A program made the position numbers and the translations under genes. A DNA stretch of 33,755 nt from Lenisia limosa. Lineage: Eukaryota > Protista > Breviatea. The notes under the pieces are model-generated. The model searched no databases and was not told the origin of the DNA. It was given only the letters and a program-made list of their open reading frames with translations. The stretch is taken from NCBI GenBank assembly GCA_001655205.1, contig LPNZ01010658.1, positions 1-33,755 on the forward strand, in the 5' to 3' direction. The first letter of the stretch is position 1. Each line of letters begins with the position of its first letter. Positions 11,401-23,400 of the stretch are shown here, one piece after another.

Positions 11401-14400
11401 ATCTACGTGTCTCCAGTGCACACCGGGCTACTACTGCGAATCAAGCGGACTGAGCTCGGTTAGTGGCCCCTGTACAGCCGGCTTCTATTGTCCCGGTGGC
11501 GACATCCATTCTGGCAATCCCAACCAAACCTGTCCAATCGGCCACCAGTGTCCGTTACAGTCCATTTCGGCTGACCCATGCCCTCAGGGCTCCTACCAGG
11601 ACCAAGCCGGCCAAGCGTCGTGTTCAGCGTGTCCCGTCGGCATGTACTGCCCCACGTTCAACACCACCGTCCCGTCTGCCTGTCCTGCTGGAAGCTACTG
11701 TCCCCTTGCCACCAAGTTTGCAGGCGAGTTCCTCTGCCCTGCAGGCCGACTTTCTGTTTTAGAGAATCTTGAGAAGGCAGCTGACTGTCCGGCTTGTCCG
11801 CCATCAAAATACTGCGCGTCCTTGGGTATGATGACAGTGTCGGGTGATTGTAGCGAGGGTTACTACTGCTCCGGAGGTGCAACGACTGGTTTGGGGGCTT
11901 CATGCTCTAATGTCTCATTTTATCGTATTAGTAGTGCCGCATTTCCCCCACTTACCATATTTAGACACGCCCACAGACGGAATCACAGGCAATACTTGCC
12001 CGCCGGGTCACTATTGCCCGGCCAACTCCAGCATCGCAACCCCTTGTCCTGTCGGAACGTATTTGGAAACCACGGGCTCCACCAAGATCGAAGACTGCCA
12101 GCCGTGTACAGCCGGCTTTTACTGCGACTCACCTGGTATGGTTGCGCGAGTCGACGCTGACGAGTGTTCCGAAGGTTATTTCTGCACCTCCGCCGCTACA
12201 ACTGCTATGCCTACTGATGGTGTAACTGGTAATATTTGCCCGGACGGAAGCTATTGCCCAGCCGCTTCCGATGCTCCTGTGCCGTGCGGCCCGGGCACCT
12301 TTGCTCCGGGACCAGGAATGTCGGAATGTTCACCCTGTCCCGTCGGTAGACTCTGTCCCAATTTGGGTATGGACAACACATTGGACTGCACTCCGGGCCA
12401 TTATTGTCCCGTCGGCTCGTCCATCGCTGTTGGATGTCCACTCGCAACCTTCAGCAATTCAACGGACCTGACGGACAGCGGCCTTTGTTCCCCCTGTCCA
12501 CCTGGCTTCTACTGCTCACCTGCTGGTNNNNNNNNNNNNNNNNNNNNNNNNNNNNNNNNNNNNNNNNNNNNNNNNNNNNNNNNNNNNNNNNNNNNNNNNN
12601 NNNNNNNNNNNNNNNNNNNNNNNNNNNNNNATAAATCAGGTCTGAGTGAACCGGCGGGGCCGTGCGAAGAAGGCTTCATCTGTTCCGGCGGCTCGGATAG
12701 CCCAGTACCGTCAGGAGTTTGGCCGGCAAACGGGCCGTGTCCGACTGGGCATTATTGTCCCGAAGGTACTTTAGCGCCTGTAGAGTGCCCTGCTGGCACG
12801 CTCGTGGCAACCACAGGCAGTCGTGACGTGAGAGATTGCCTTCCTTGCACCGGCGGTGACTTCTGCTCCACTGCAGGTTTGCAAATACAAAACTAGAGGA
12901 AAAGCTGTTTTAATTGGACCATATTTCCCAACCCGCACCCACCTGACGTTGTAGGTCTCAGTGCTGTCACAGGGCCCTGTAGTCCTGGCTATTACTGCCC
13001 CAGTGACAGGTATGTTACGCTGCTGAATTACTAATAGTATACAATAATCTACATTTGTACATCTGTTACTGTTGTCGTAATTCAGACTGCTCTTGTTTGT
13101 TGTTCCTCGGTTTACAATATTAGGAATGTTGTAGACTACGCCCCAAGTGATGGTCTGTGTCCTGCGGGCTATTTCTGCGCGATCGGGTCGGAAAGCCCAA
13201 CCGGGTGTCCTGACGGCCAATATCAGCCGCTGGAGGGCCAAAGCAATTGCATCGACTGTCCGGCTGGCTTCTTCTGCATGGGCAACGCGACGCACCCCTC
13301 AGAGTGTCCGATACGCAGTTTCTGTCCTGAAGGCTCAGCCGCGCCATCCTTGTGTACAGATGGCACTTGGACTAACTCCACGGGCCTCACTTCCGCTTCC
13401 GACTGCTCAGCTTGCCCCGCCACGTTCTACTGTGTCAATGGCGAAGTGGCCGGACATTGCGCAGCCGGATACATTTGTTATAGCGGAGCTCCGAGCCCCT
13501 CGCCTGGCATTCAGGGTCCAGTGTTGGCCAAGACGGCCGGGCCATGCTCAACTGGCCACTACTGTCCCGCCGGCACGGATGTTGAGATTCCGTGTCCTGA
13601 CGGCACAGTTCGCGGACTGGAGGGCGGCCAGAAGGCCAGCGACTGTGGTCCCTGCCCGGCAGGCTTCGTGTGTGTGGATGGCGACCCTGTTGCCTATCAA
13701 TGTCCTCGGGGCTACTACTGCGCGCTGGAGCAGAGTGCTGAGCCTTGCCCGTTGGGGAGCTACAATGCCGATCTTCAGGGCGAGGACCTCACCGACTGCG
13801 CTCCATGCCCAGCCGGTTATCTTTGCGATGACGTGGCCATCTCCAATTTGCTCCTGCATACCTGTCCAGCTGGGAGCTACTGCGAGGAGGGAGCCAGTGA
13901 GAAGCAGCCTTGTCCTGGTGGCACATTCCGAACCACACCAGCCGCGACTGCAGCGTCAGATTGCACCATGTGTCCGGCCGGATACTACTGTCCCGTGGAA
14001 TCGATAAGCCCCACGGTGTGCCCAGAGGAGCACTATTGTCTCACCAACTCCTCAGAACCAACGCTGTGTTCGCCAGGGTTCGTGTGCCCTGTCAACTCAG
14101 TTTTTCCCATTGTTTGTCCGGGCGGATCGTATTGCCCCCTCGGAGCTGTGGTGTCTATACCCTGTCTTGCTGGCCACTATTGCCCCGAAGGAAGCAGTGA
14201 GCCTGAGAAGTGCCCTGCCGGCACCCTTGGGCTTGTTGACGGCCCGGCCGGAAAAGCCTCGGCAGCCACGGCGTGTCAGTTGTGTCCTGCCGGCACGGGC
14301 TCGTCCTTGGACCGCCTCTCCTGTGAGGCGTGCGNNNNNNNNNNNNNNNNNNNNNNNNNNNNNNNNNNNNNNNNNNNNNNNNNNNNNNNNNNNNNNNNNN

Positions 14401-17400
14401 NNNNNNNNNTCAGCCTACGGAAGATGAGCATAACGGCTACGTCTGCCCCGTGGGGTACTATTGTCCGGAGGGCTCATCTGAAGAACTGCCATGCCCTCCG
14501 GGCTTCTACGCAGCAAACACCATGACAACGCTCCTGTCCGGCTGCACCCCTTGCCAGGCCAACAGCTACAATCCCAAGTACGGCCAGAAGGCGTGTTTGC
14601 CATGTGGCGCGTCTGCGTACAGTGGCGCTGGCGCCTCAGAATGCGCGTGTCGGGGCTCTCACCGCACGTTCCAAGCCTCGGATGGACAGTGTCTTTGTGA
14701 CTCAGGATACGAATATTTCGCTTCCGACTTGAAAGGTGACAATGAGGACAACTCGGCTGGTTGTCAGAGTGTCGTGTATGACAGGTGCGACCAGGGCGAC
14801 ACTCGAACGGCCGACGGCACGTGTCTTTCCAACAGTGACGAGGGCGTGTACTGCAACAGCCGCTGCCCTACCGGATTCGGACTCTACCGTAAGGGGGGTA
14901 ATTCTCACTAATAAACATTATAAATAAATTCATAGGGATTCCATCAACAAATCATCATACTTCCGCGCCCTTCGCGCCGAAACAATTTGCAAACAGTTGA
15001 ATCATGCTTTTCCACTCACCATTTAGACTCGGGCTATGGTTCGTGTGAATGTCTCAATACCAACGCACAGACCTACAGTTCGGAGATCATATGCGACGCG
15101 TCTTGTCGCACTAAAGCGTTCAAGGTGGGAATAAGCTTCTATGATATCACAAGGTGGGAAGAAGCTTCTATGATATCATAAAGGTCCGTAAAAGACGCAA
15201 CTGAACTGATTTCTTCATTCAGAAGAATTCAGTTTATTCGGGTACTAGTCAAGGATAATACGAATTTCATATTCTCACCCCTACAGGTTTTTCTTGACAT
15301 AACCAATTCTAACCCCTTCAGGTTGTTCTTGACACAACCAATTCTCCTAGTCTCAGTCTCCGTGTGATTAACAAGGAAACTTCCAACATGACAGATGCAG
15401 TGGGAGGGGGCGGTGAACATAAGCTATGGAGGATCAAAAGCAAAACAATATCTTAACCCCGAAAGCAAATTTTGTTGACAGGCGCAGGTTGATACTGCGG
15501 CCGTCTCCGGTCTGTACGGCACACCAACCCCAGCCAAATGCGTTTCGGGATACTGCCAACTGGAAATCATGGTGTTGGATGATGCCGGGTTTTGGGGTGT
15601 GGTCGAGGCTTCGCGAGGCTACATGGAGAACATGCTCAGCTTCGACTTATCTGCCATCACGCCTGACCCTATCGATTCTCTTCGTGTGACACAGCACAGC
15701 GAAATTCTGGAAACACTGACCGGCCGAAGGGATGTTGCTGGACAAGACAGGGTTATAACCAATGCAACCGTCATTCCAAATCCTATAGTTTGTCTCATTG
15801 AAGGAGAAGGCCTAGTGGTATCTCTCGCCTCAGGCACGCAACACCACCCAGTGTATCTCAAGGACTCCCTTCTCAATGATAACGAAGGCTTTGATAGTGG
15901 TGGGCATTAATATTGGTTTGTTTTTGGGTTCTGCACCTTTTTCCCTGAGGGCATTTCACTTGGGGCAACCGTTTTTTGAACATTTTCTAACAGTTTTTTT
16001 TTTTGCATTTTCTAACAGTTTTTTTTGCATTTTCTAACGCATGGATAGGAGCGTTCCGTCAGCTGACCACTCGAATTGAAAGTGGCCTGGACGTTAACCT
16101 TGTCATTGCCACGTTCGACTCTGCCGGTGGGAGGCAAGCTATGTTATGTTCCTTCTTTAGCTTCATATTTTGCGACACTATTTCCTTTGGAAGCACTAAC
16201 AACCATAGGTACATACGTCTTTGGGAGTGCCAGTGACAACACGCAGCAAATTATCGTTTCCGTCCTGGCGAGTGGCCTGTCTTGCCCCAATGCCAGCCCC
16301 TCTTTGGAAGGAGACGGCAGTGGAGGAGCGCGGATCCTTGCACCAAGTACCACGAATCTGGCGACTGTTGGTGTTGTGCGTGAAGACTCCCTCACTATCG
16401 AGCCCGATTGGTTGCTCATCATAGCTGCTCTCATGTTCATGTTCTTCCTGTCGCTGTGCTCGTTCAGTGTTCTTCGCTGGCTGCGGCAGCGAACGAGTTT
16501 GACTGACGAGGAGCCAGTCCCGGACTATTGGCGTGTTGGCGAGTTTGGCCGGCCGCCTTGGCTTCAGGGCGCTTCAACGCAATACCCGTACATGACCCGG
16601 CCCGGCCAGAAGGATGTCGGATCCGACGAAGATGAGCCGTCGGAGCATTTGGCCATGCACAACACAATGACGACTGCAGCTCATCCGAGGCTCCTAGGCC
16701 ACCAGCTGACCTATAGCAATGTTGATGACAAGGACCCTACGGCATTGACGACCCCGTTCATGCTCGAGAATTTCAGTGTCAAAACGCTCTTTGACAAACT
16801 TGAGGATCAGACTCTGCACGTGGCGTCGCAGCTGTCTAGAGGGCAGATTGAGGTTCAGACCTTCCATGACCGTGTTGTTGCCCACACCGACGAACTCAAG
16901 GCCCTCCTGCATCATAAGGTGTTTGCGGCCGAGGAAGCGCTTGAGGAGAACAGGCGTGCACGCGACTCTGAACGCGCGCGCCGCTCCAAACTAGCCGGTC
17001 GCTTTTTACCCGTCCTGCAGCAGCACCAGGCCCTCTGCATCACAAGCAGCCAGAAACGGTCCGGCTTTGACGGCATGTTGCGCGCCATACGCATGCGCCT
17101 CAGCACTTTACGCCAGCTTTCCGTCCAAGGTCTGCGAGCCCTCGTGGCTTCCGACAAACCTCAAGACGCGGCCCGGGTTGAGATCATGATTGCCGATCAC
17201 GCCGCCGCCATCAACCATGTCAAGACGCTCCTGGAGGCCGAGGCCCGGCGCCGTGGTGTGTACACCGCCGTTGGCGAGGCAACCGGGGCGGTTTTGGCTG
17301 ACCGGCACGGCAAAGTCATTCCGTTGGACGTTCTCCGTGACAGACACGGCAATATCGGCCCTCTGGAAGGTGTCGTCGAGACGGATGACGTGTATGGTCT

Positions 17401-20400
17401 GTTGTTCCCCGTGCCGGGGTCGAAAATGATCACTGCCGCGGGGAAAACCAAACCCGTGCCACCTTACCATATGGTGCACCCCATGACCGGACGAGTGGTG
17501 CCTATACATGGCTACGCCGCTGTGACAAGTGTTGGCAGATGTCTGACCATCGGCGACGTCAACGTGGATGTTACGCTGGCGCAAGGCGGTGGCCTTCCTC
17601 TTGTCGTTCTCTCCGATGAGGTTTCGCACAGTCTCCGGAACCGTACCGGCCCAATTCGTCCTGGAGGGGAGATGGTTGACCATTCTTCAGGTGCGTGGGC
17701 TGGCTTTCGTGAATAATGACAACGATAATATTACTTTGGCAACGGTTAATTTATTATCTTATTGACCACCCCAGGCCAAGCGGTGCCGATTATTGCCGCC
17801 GCCATCGACCCACAATCTCGAGGTCCGGTGCCGCTAGGAGGCACGTACCTGCACCCCCTGTCAGGTATGTTGAAATTTTGTTCTATGTATCGTATCACAC
17901 AATACTATTTCGACTCTAAACAGAATTTACCCCACCACCCCACAGGAGAGCCCACTATCATCCGAACTGGAGAGTTGATGCTTGATGGAGAAAAGCCAAC
18001 TTTGGTGACTGGAATTACTGTGGACGGCTCAACCTCGAAGGTAAGTCAAATGCAACCACGGTCTTGGTCCGCCATTACCAGGAGCTTTATTTCATGCCCC
18101 CCCCCCNNNNNNNNNNNNNNNNNNNNNNNNNNNNNNNNNNNNNNNNNNNNNNNNNNNNNNNNNNNNNNNNNNNNNNNNATCCTCCCGAACCAGACGATAA
18201 ATGATGAGCTTTCAGGTTCGCAAACGGCTCTCTTGGCCGAACTGGTTATTAGTTTCCTTATTTTCCAGGCCACACTGTCTTGGTATCCGGCTCGCACATT
18301 GACCCCTCTTCGGGCTATCCCGTGGCGACTACGGGCGGAATGTGCTCTTTAGCCGACGCCGTGCTTCTGGAGGCTGTTGCTGCCGACATCGTGGGGTGCA
18401 TGGGGGTTGAGAGTGTATGCCATTGGATCATTGACCGAATAGGGAGCGTTGGGAGAGATCCAAGATCGACTTGAAGAGTTTCTCCGGTCTTGTACTGCTG
18501 AGGCTCGAGCCTACAAGAAGGCCCTCGCTATCAGCCAGGACAATCCGGCCCGGCTTCGCTCAGGTTGCCACCCTTACATCTGCCTTTCTCACCCGTGTGT
18601 CTGCTTATCTCACCCGTGCATCTGCTTATCTCACACGTGCAGTTGAGGCAGAGCACCGGTCTGCGGCCACAACGCTGCGTCTGGACCTGACGGACAGTAT
18701 CGAATCTGCCGTCGTACAAGAGGAGAAGGTGGCTGGGCATATCAAGGGGAAGGTGCCCTACCCTTGGATATATGAGGGCTTATCGAAGTCCTTATCGAGG
18801 ATTTATCGAGGGTTTACCGAGGGTTTACCTAAGTCTTGACGTATCAGATGTTTTCGTCGTATTCGGCCAATGAGCGAACAGCACGGCAACAGCGCAGCAC
18901 AAATCTTGCCAGGGTCATCCAACGTCTGTATTTCACAAACCAGACCATTGAGACTGGGTTGTTCCGCCCACAACCGCCACCCGGTTGGTGGAGGCGGTGT
19001 TCTCATAGTAATTACTATCCGTGTTGTTTAGAAGTGATAGGACCTCCTATTACTTCCCCCCCAGAANNNNNNNNNNNNNNNNNNNNNNNNNNNNNNNNNN
19101 NNNNNNNNNNNNNNNNNNNNNNNNNNNNNNNNNNNNNNNNNNNNNNNNNNNNNNNNNNNNNACTCGGAACGGTCATCATCGTCGGCAGACCCGAGCCCTG
19201 TCCAACGCCAAGACGGGCTGGGCTGAGATCGAGACCCTCATGAGCAGTCTCTCGCCACCAGGTGGGCTATCAAGCAGCTGTTTCGCTTTTGTCATTATGA
19301 ACCGTATTCCTTCTCATATACGCAAATCTGATTAGTACCTTTACGCCAATATTCTTCATCGNNNNNNNNNNNNNNNNNNNNNNNNNNNNNNNNNNNNNNN
19401 NNNNNNNNNNNNNNNNNNNNNNNNNNNNNNNNNNNNNNNNNNNNNNNNNNNNNNNNNNNNNNNNNNNNNNNNNNNNNNNNNNNNNNNNNNNNNNNNNNNN
19501 NNNNNNNNNNNNNNNNNNNNNNNNNNTTTGTTGAGCAGGTGGAAGCGCTGCACCGTAACTTTGAATCCGAGCGGGATCGAAGGGGCGAGCGGCGAAGCCA
19601 GGTAAGGGCAAGTATTATGAGATGGGGAGCAATCGTTACAGAAGGGACAGTTTTATCTCTTGTAGGAGGAACAGCAAGAAGACGAGGGATTAACAGGCGC
19701 AATTGATGACGTCGACACTGAAGCAACCAAAGCGGCCAAGGGGGTTGATGCTGAAGGTGTGCTGGTGGCATGTAATATCATATAGTAATGTTCTTTTCTG
19801 AACTGACATAGCACCATTCCCACGCGCAGTTCTGTTTATACCATCACAGAANNNNNNNNNNNNNNNNNNNNNNNNNNNNNNNNNNNNNNNNNNNNNNNNN
19901 NNNNNNNNNNNNNNNNNNNNNNNNNNNNNNNNNNNNNNNNNNNNNNNNNNNNNNNNNNNNNNNNNNNNNNNNNNNNNNNNNNNNNNNNNNNNNNNNNNNN
20001 NNNNNNNNNNNNNNNNNNNNNNNNNNNNNNNNNNNNNNNNNNNNNNNNNNNNNNNNNNNNNNNNNNNNNCGAAGCAGATGCGGAAACATATGCAGTTAGG
20101 ATTAATTATATTAGACAATATCAGAGAGAAAGCAGAACCTGACCCTGAATAGGTGTCCTTTTGGATCGAGTCCGCTCAGATCCTTGCCGGACCTGCGGGC
20201 TCAGTGCTCACAGCTGTGGAACAGGTGGAATCTCCGTCCCTCCCCCCGCCCACTATCCAGGTGTGCTATTACCACCCCCCCAGGTCAACAATATTCACTC
20301 CGTAGGTCACGGCCGAGGCTGAGGATGATGGTGTTGTTGATGTGGACGGACCTGAAGACCCTTCAGCTCCTGAGCAGCTGGTGGGAAACATTCCATATTT

Positions 20401-23400
20401 GCCATGTCCATTGCCTACCTTAATTGGCAACTTTTTTTTGTCAACTTACCATATCAGGCAACTGAGGCGACTGACCTCTCCCGCCGCCAGGCTGTTGATG
20501 ATACTATCAAGGTAGGGGCTACCTAACTGTCCCTTTATGAGCCTCATTCCCCCCTCTCTTTTGACCAAAAATGGACATGCTAATACCTTCACTGCCTTCC
20601 AAAAGCGTATCAATTGGGCAGACCTTTTAGAAACACAATAAAGGGGAAGCTGAGCCTAAAGCAGTGTGTTTAACCTCCAGGAATATTTTCTTATTTTAAC
20701 TAATGGGACAGAGTTTGTCAGTCCTTTTCGTTGAAAGTTCGATTACTTTTTCACCAAATCGCTATTGTCTCAATTCTTCTCGACTTAGCACCCCACACCC
20801 CAGGTCATGAGACTAGCTGTGAATGAGGCACGCGCACGTGACATGTTCGGCCCAACCGCAATTTGGGATGTAGCGGTGGACTACAGCGCCGCACGGTCCA
20901 CTGCTGCCAAACAACTGCTTGAGGAATATGCCGGCCGGTGCGNNNNNNNNNNNNNNNNNNNNNNNNNNNNNNNNNNNNNNNNNNNNNNNNNNNNNNNNNN
21001 NNNNGTAGTGTTCTCGCGGCCGCCAAGGTTCATTGTTTAGATCTGCCACATCTGCCGGTGTTGCACAGGGGCCCGTCATCACAGCTGAAGTTGCCGCAAT
21101 GCTCGCACAAATGGTAGCTCGGAGTCCTACGAAACGGAGCGCCTTCCAGAGTTGAATTGACCATTTAGGTTGGCATGAGAGGTGCAACAGTTGAGAGAGT
21201 TGCCGCAGTGGCTGACATGCAATCGTCCAATGAGATCATGGTCCAAGAACAGAAAGCGCAGGTTGGTACCCGTGGATTGTGCTTGGCAAAATCCGACATT
21301 TTACCCTGTAGGCCCGGAATGATATGGACCGATTATTGGCGGACGAGGAGTCCACAGACCGTGAAGTCATGAAGAAGAGGCTTGATGTCAAGAAAAAGAG
21401 GGCCATGGAGAAGTTAAGGTTACAGATGAGAGAGAAACTCAAAGTGGGGGGAGGGTCTGCGTCATGCCATTTTAACCAGTCAGGAATACAGCTCATTTAA
21501 GCCTTTCTGTTCATAAGGCTCACTACACCCCCCTCCAGAACGCAAAATCCTCTAGTGCTGAAGAGATGGTGATGGCGGAGCACGAGCAGCAGTTGAATTC
21601 CTTGGAGCATGAGCTGGAAACTGCCAAGGTACAGGCCGAGCGTGGCCTAGAGAACACCAATAACGCAAGGAGANNNNNNNNNNNNNNNNNNNNNNNNNNN
21701 NNNNNNNNNNNNNNNNNNNNNNNNNNNNNNNNNNNNNNNNNNNNNNNNNNNNNNNNNNNNNNNNNNNNNNNNNNNNNNNNNNNNNNNNNNNNNNNNNNNN
21801 NTTGACCTGCTATGTATAGCAAATCGGTCAAACTTATCCAGGTCACTGTACAGATATATAAGTACTTTATCATAAGATATGTTATATAAACCAAGACTTA
21901 CAAGCCAAGAGCGTCGAGAGAGTCAGTTGCAACGACAGTATGAGGACATTGAGGCTCTCCCACAGGCGTCTTACGCTTCCCTTCCTTCAGGTATGATAAG
22001 CGATTGGCTTGAGCTCGTGTCAATCTTTATCAAAATGAGTTGTTTTTTTTTTATTATTATTATTATTCTTATTATCAATTTTTCATCTCTGCAGGTATTG
22101 ATGGGATNNNNNNNNNNNNNNNNNNNNNNNNNNNNNNNNNNNNNNNNNNNNNNNNNNNNNNNNNNNNNNNNNNNNNNNNNNNNNNNNNNNNNNNNNNNNN
22201 NNNNNNNNNNNNNNNNNNNNNNNNNNNNNNNNNNNNNNNNNNNNNNNNNNNNNNNNNNNNNNNNNNNNNNNNNNNNNNNNNNNNNNNNNNNNNNNNNNNN
22301 NNNNNNNNNNNNNNNNNNNNNNNNNNNNNNNNNNNNNNNNNNNNNNNNGCTCGTGCTGATGCGGATAAGGCTGAGGAGGAAGAGAAGCAAATCCTTCAAA
22401 GAGTGGCTGTTGTGGAGGAGGAAAAGGTGCTCCAAGCAGGTGCTGTGGAAAGCACCGAGCTCCAGACAGCCACCAACAAGCTGGAGGAGATGATTGCCCG
22501 GGCTGAAGCGGCCGCGAACCAAAACGCTGCTGATACACTTCGACGACAGGGTGGGTGCGGCTTTTATTTCGTCTCGCATTTTGTATTCTTAATAATCAAA
22601 TCCTCATTTGGCAACTATTCTGATTCGGACAGAGGCCGAGGCTCAGGAAGCCATTGCTGCGGTTGAGCGTGCACGCACCATAGCACAGGCACGCGAAGAT
22701 GCCCTTGTTGAGGAATCGCGCATCCGAGCCGAGTTACTGAGTAAAGCAATTGAAGAGGGTGAGTCGAAGTTGGCACTCAAACATCGCGCAGAGCGTGAGG
22801 CCACCATCACGGAAGTTGCTATTGAGGAAGCAGAGGCAATTGAAAAACTTCGTGAAAACCATCAGAAAGAGGTTCGTGGGGTTATGGCTGCTACCAGCAT
22901 GGAACTTCTTCCTTTGCTCACACTACAGGTCGAACAATCAGTTCAGAATGCTCAGGCCGCTATATTGGAGGAAAACACAGACGCTTCTGATGAAATCAAG
23001 GTAAGCAGGCACCAGTTATGTTGATCAAGTTAACAGGAGTATGATACCTTATAAGGAGAATGTACTTGATAGAATATATCATATTGCAAACTCAAAGAAA
23101 TATGTTCTTTTCATGGTTTCTGTCAACTCCAACACTTGTTTTTCCTGGACTGCGAGCATAAATTTCTCGCATCAACACCAGGTTGACTTACCATATTAGG
23201 AATCTCTAGCCGCCGGCGCCGCAATTACGGCTACCGCGAAGGCTGGGCTTGACCTGGCTCGGATGGAGGAGGAGACGCGGCAATCCATGTCGGCCCGTCG
23301 GGACCTAAAGTTGGGTGTCCTGAAGGTATTTGGGGATGGTGGGTATTGTTGTGAGGAATGCATAAGCTTATATGATATACTATATAGCAATGAGAAATAA

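Larger units (their letters stand above)
2474..15124 (+). other. Cys-rich repeat ectodomain (GCC2/GCC3, ephrin-receptor-like, TNFR-like CxxC repeats)
   Basis: Dozens of CPxGxY/F, CxxCPxGxYC and PTDGxTGxxCPxGHYCP motifs in ORFs 4741-6462, 8804-9937, 10838-12160, 11844-12896 and 13278-14525 and in the small exons between them. Confidence 0.9.

Noticed and set aside
14335-14409. Apparent frameshift in the ectodomain across the N gap
   Set aside because: The gap length is an estimate, and the repeat pattern resumes normally after it. This is an assembly artefact, not pseudogenisation. Several gaps also abut G/C homopolymers (18106, 25876, 29201), consistent with sequencing dropout.
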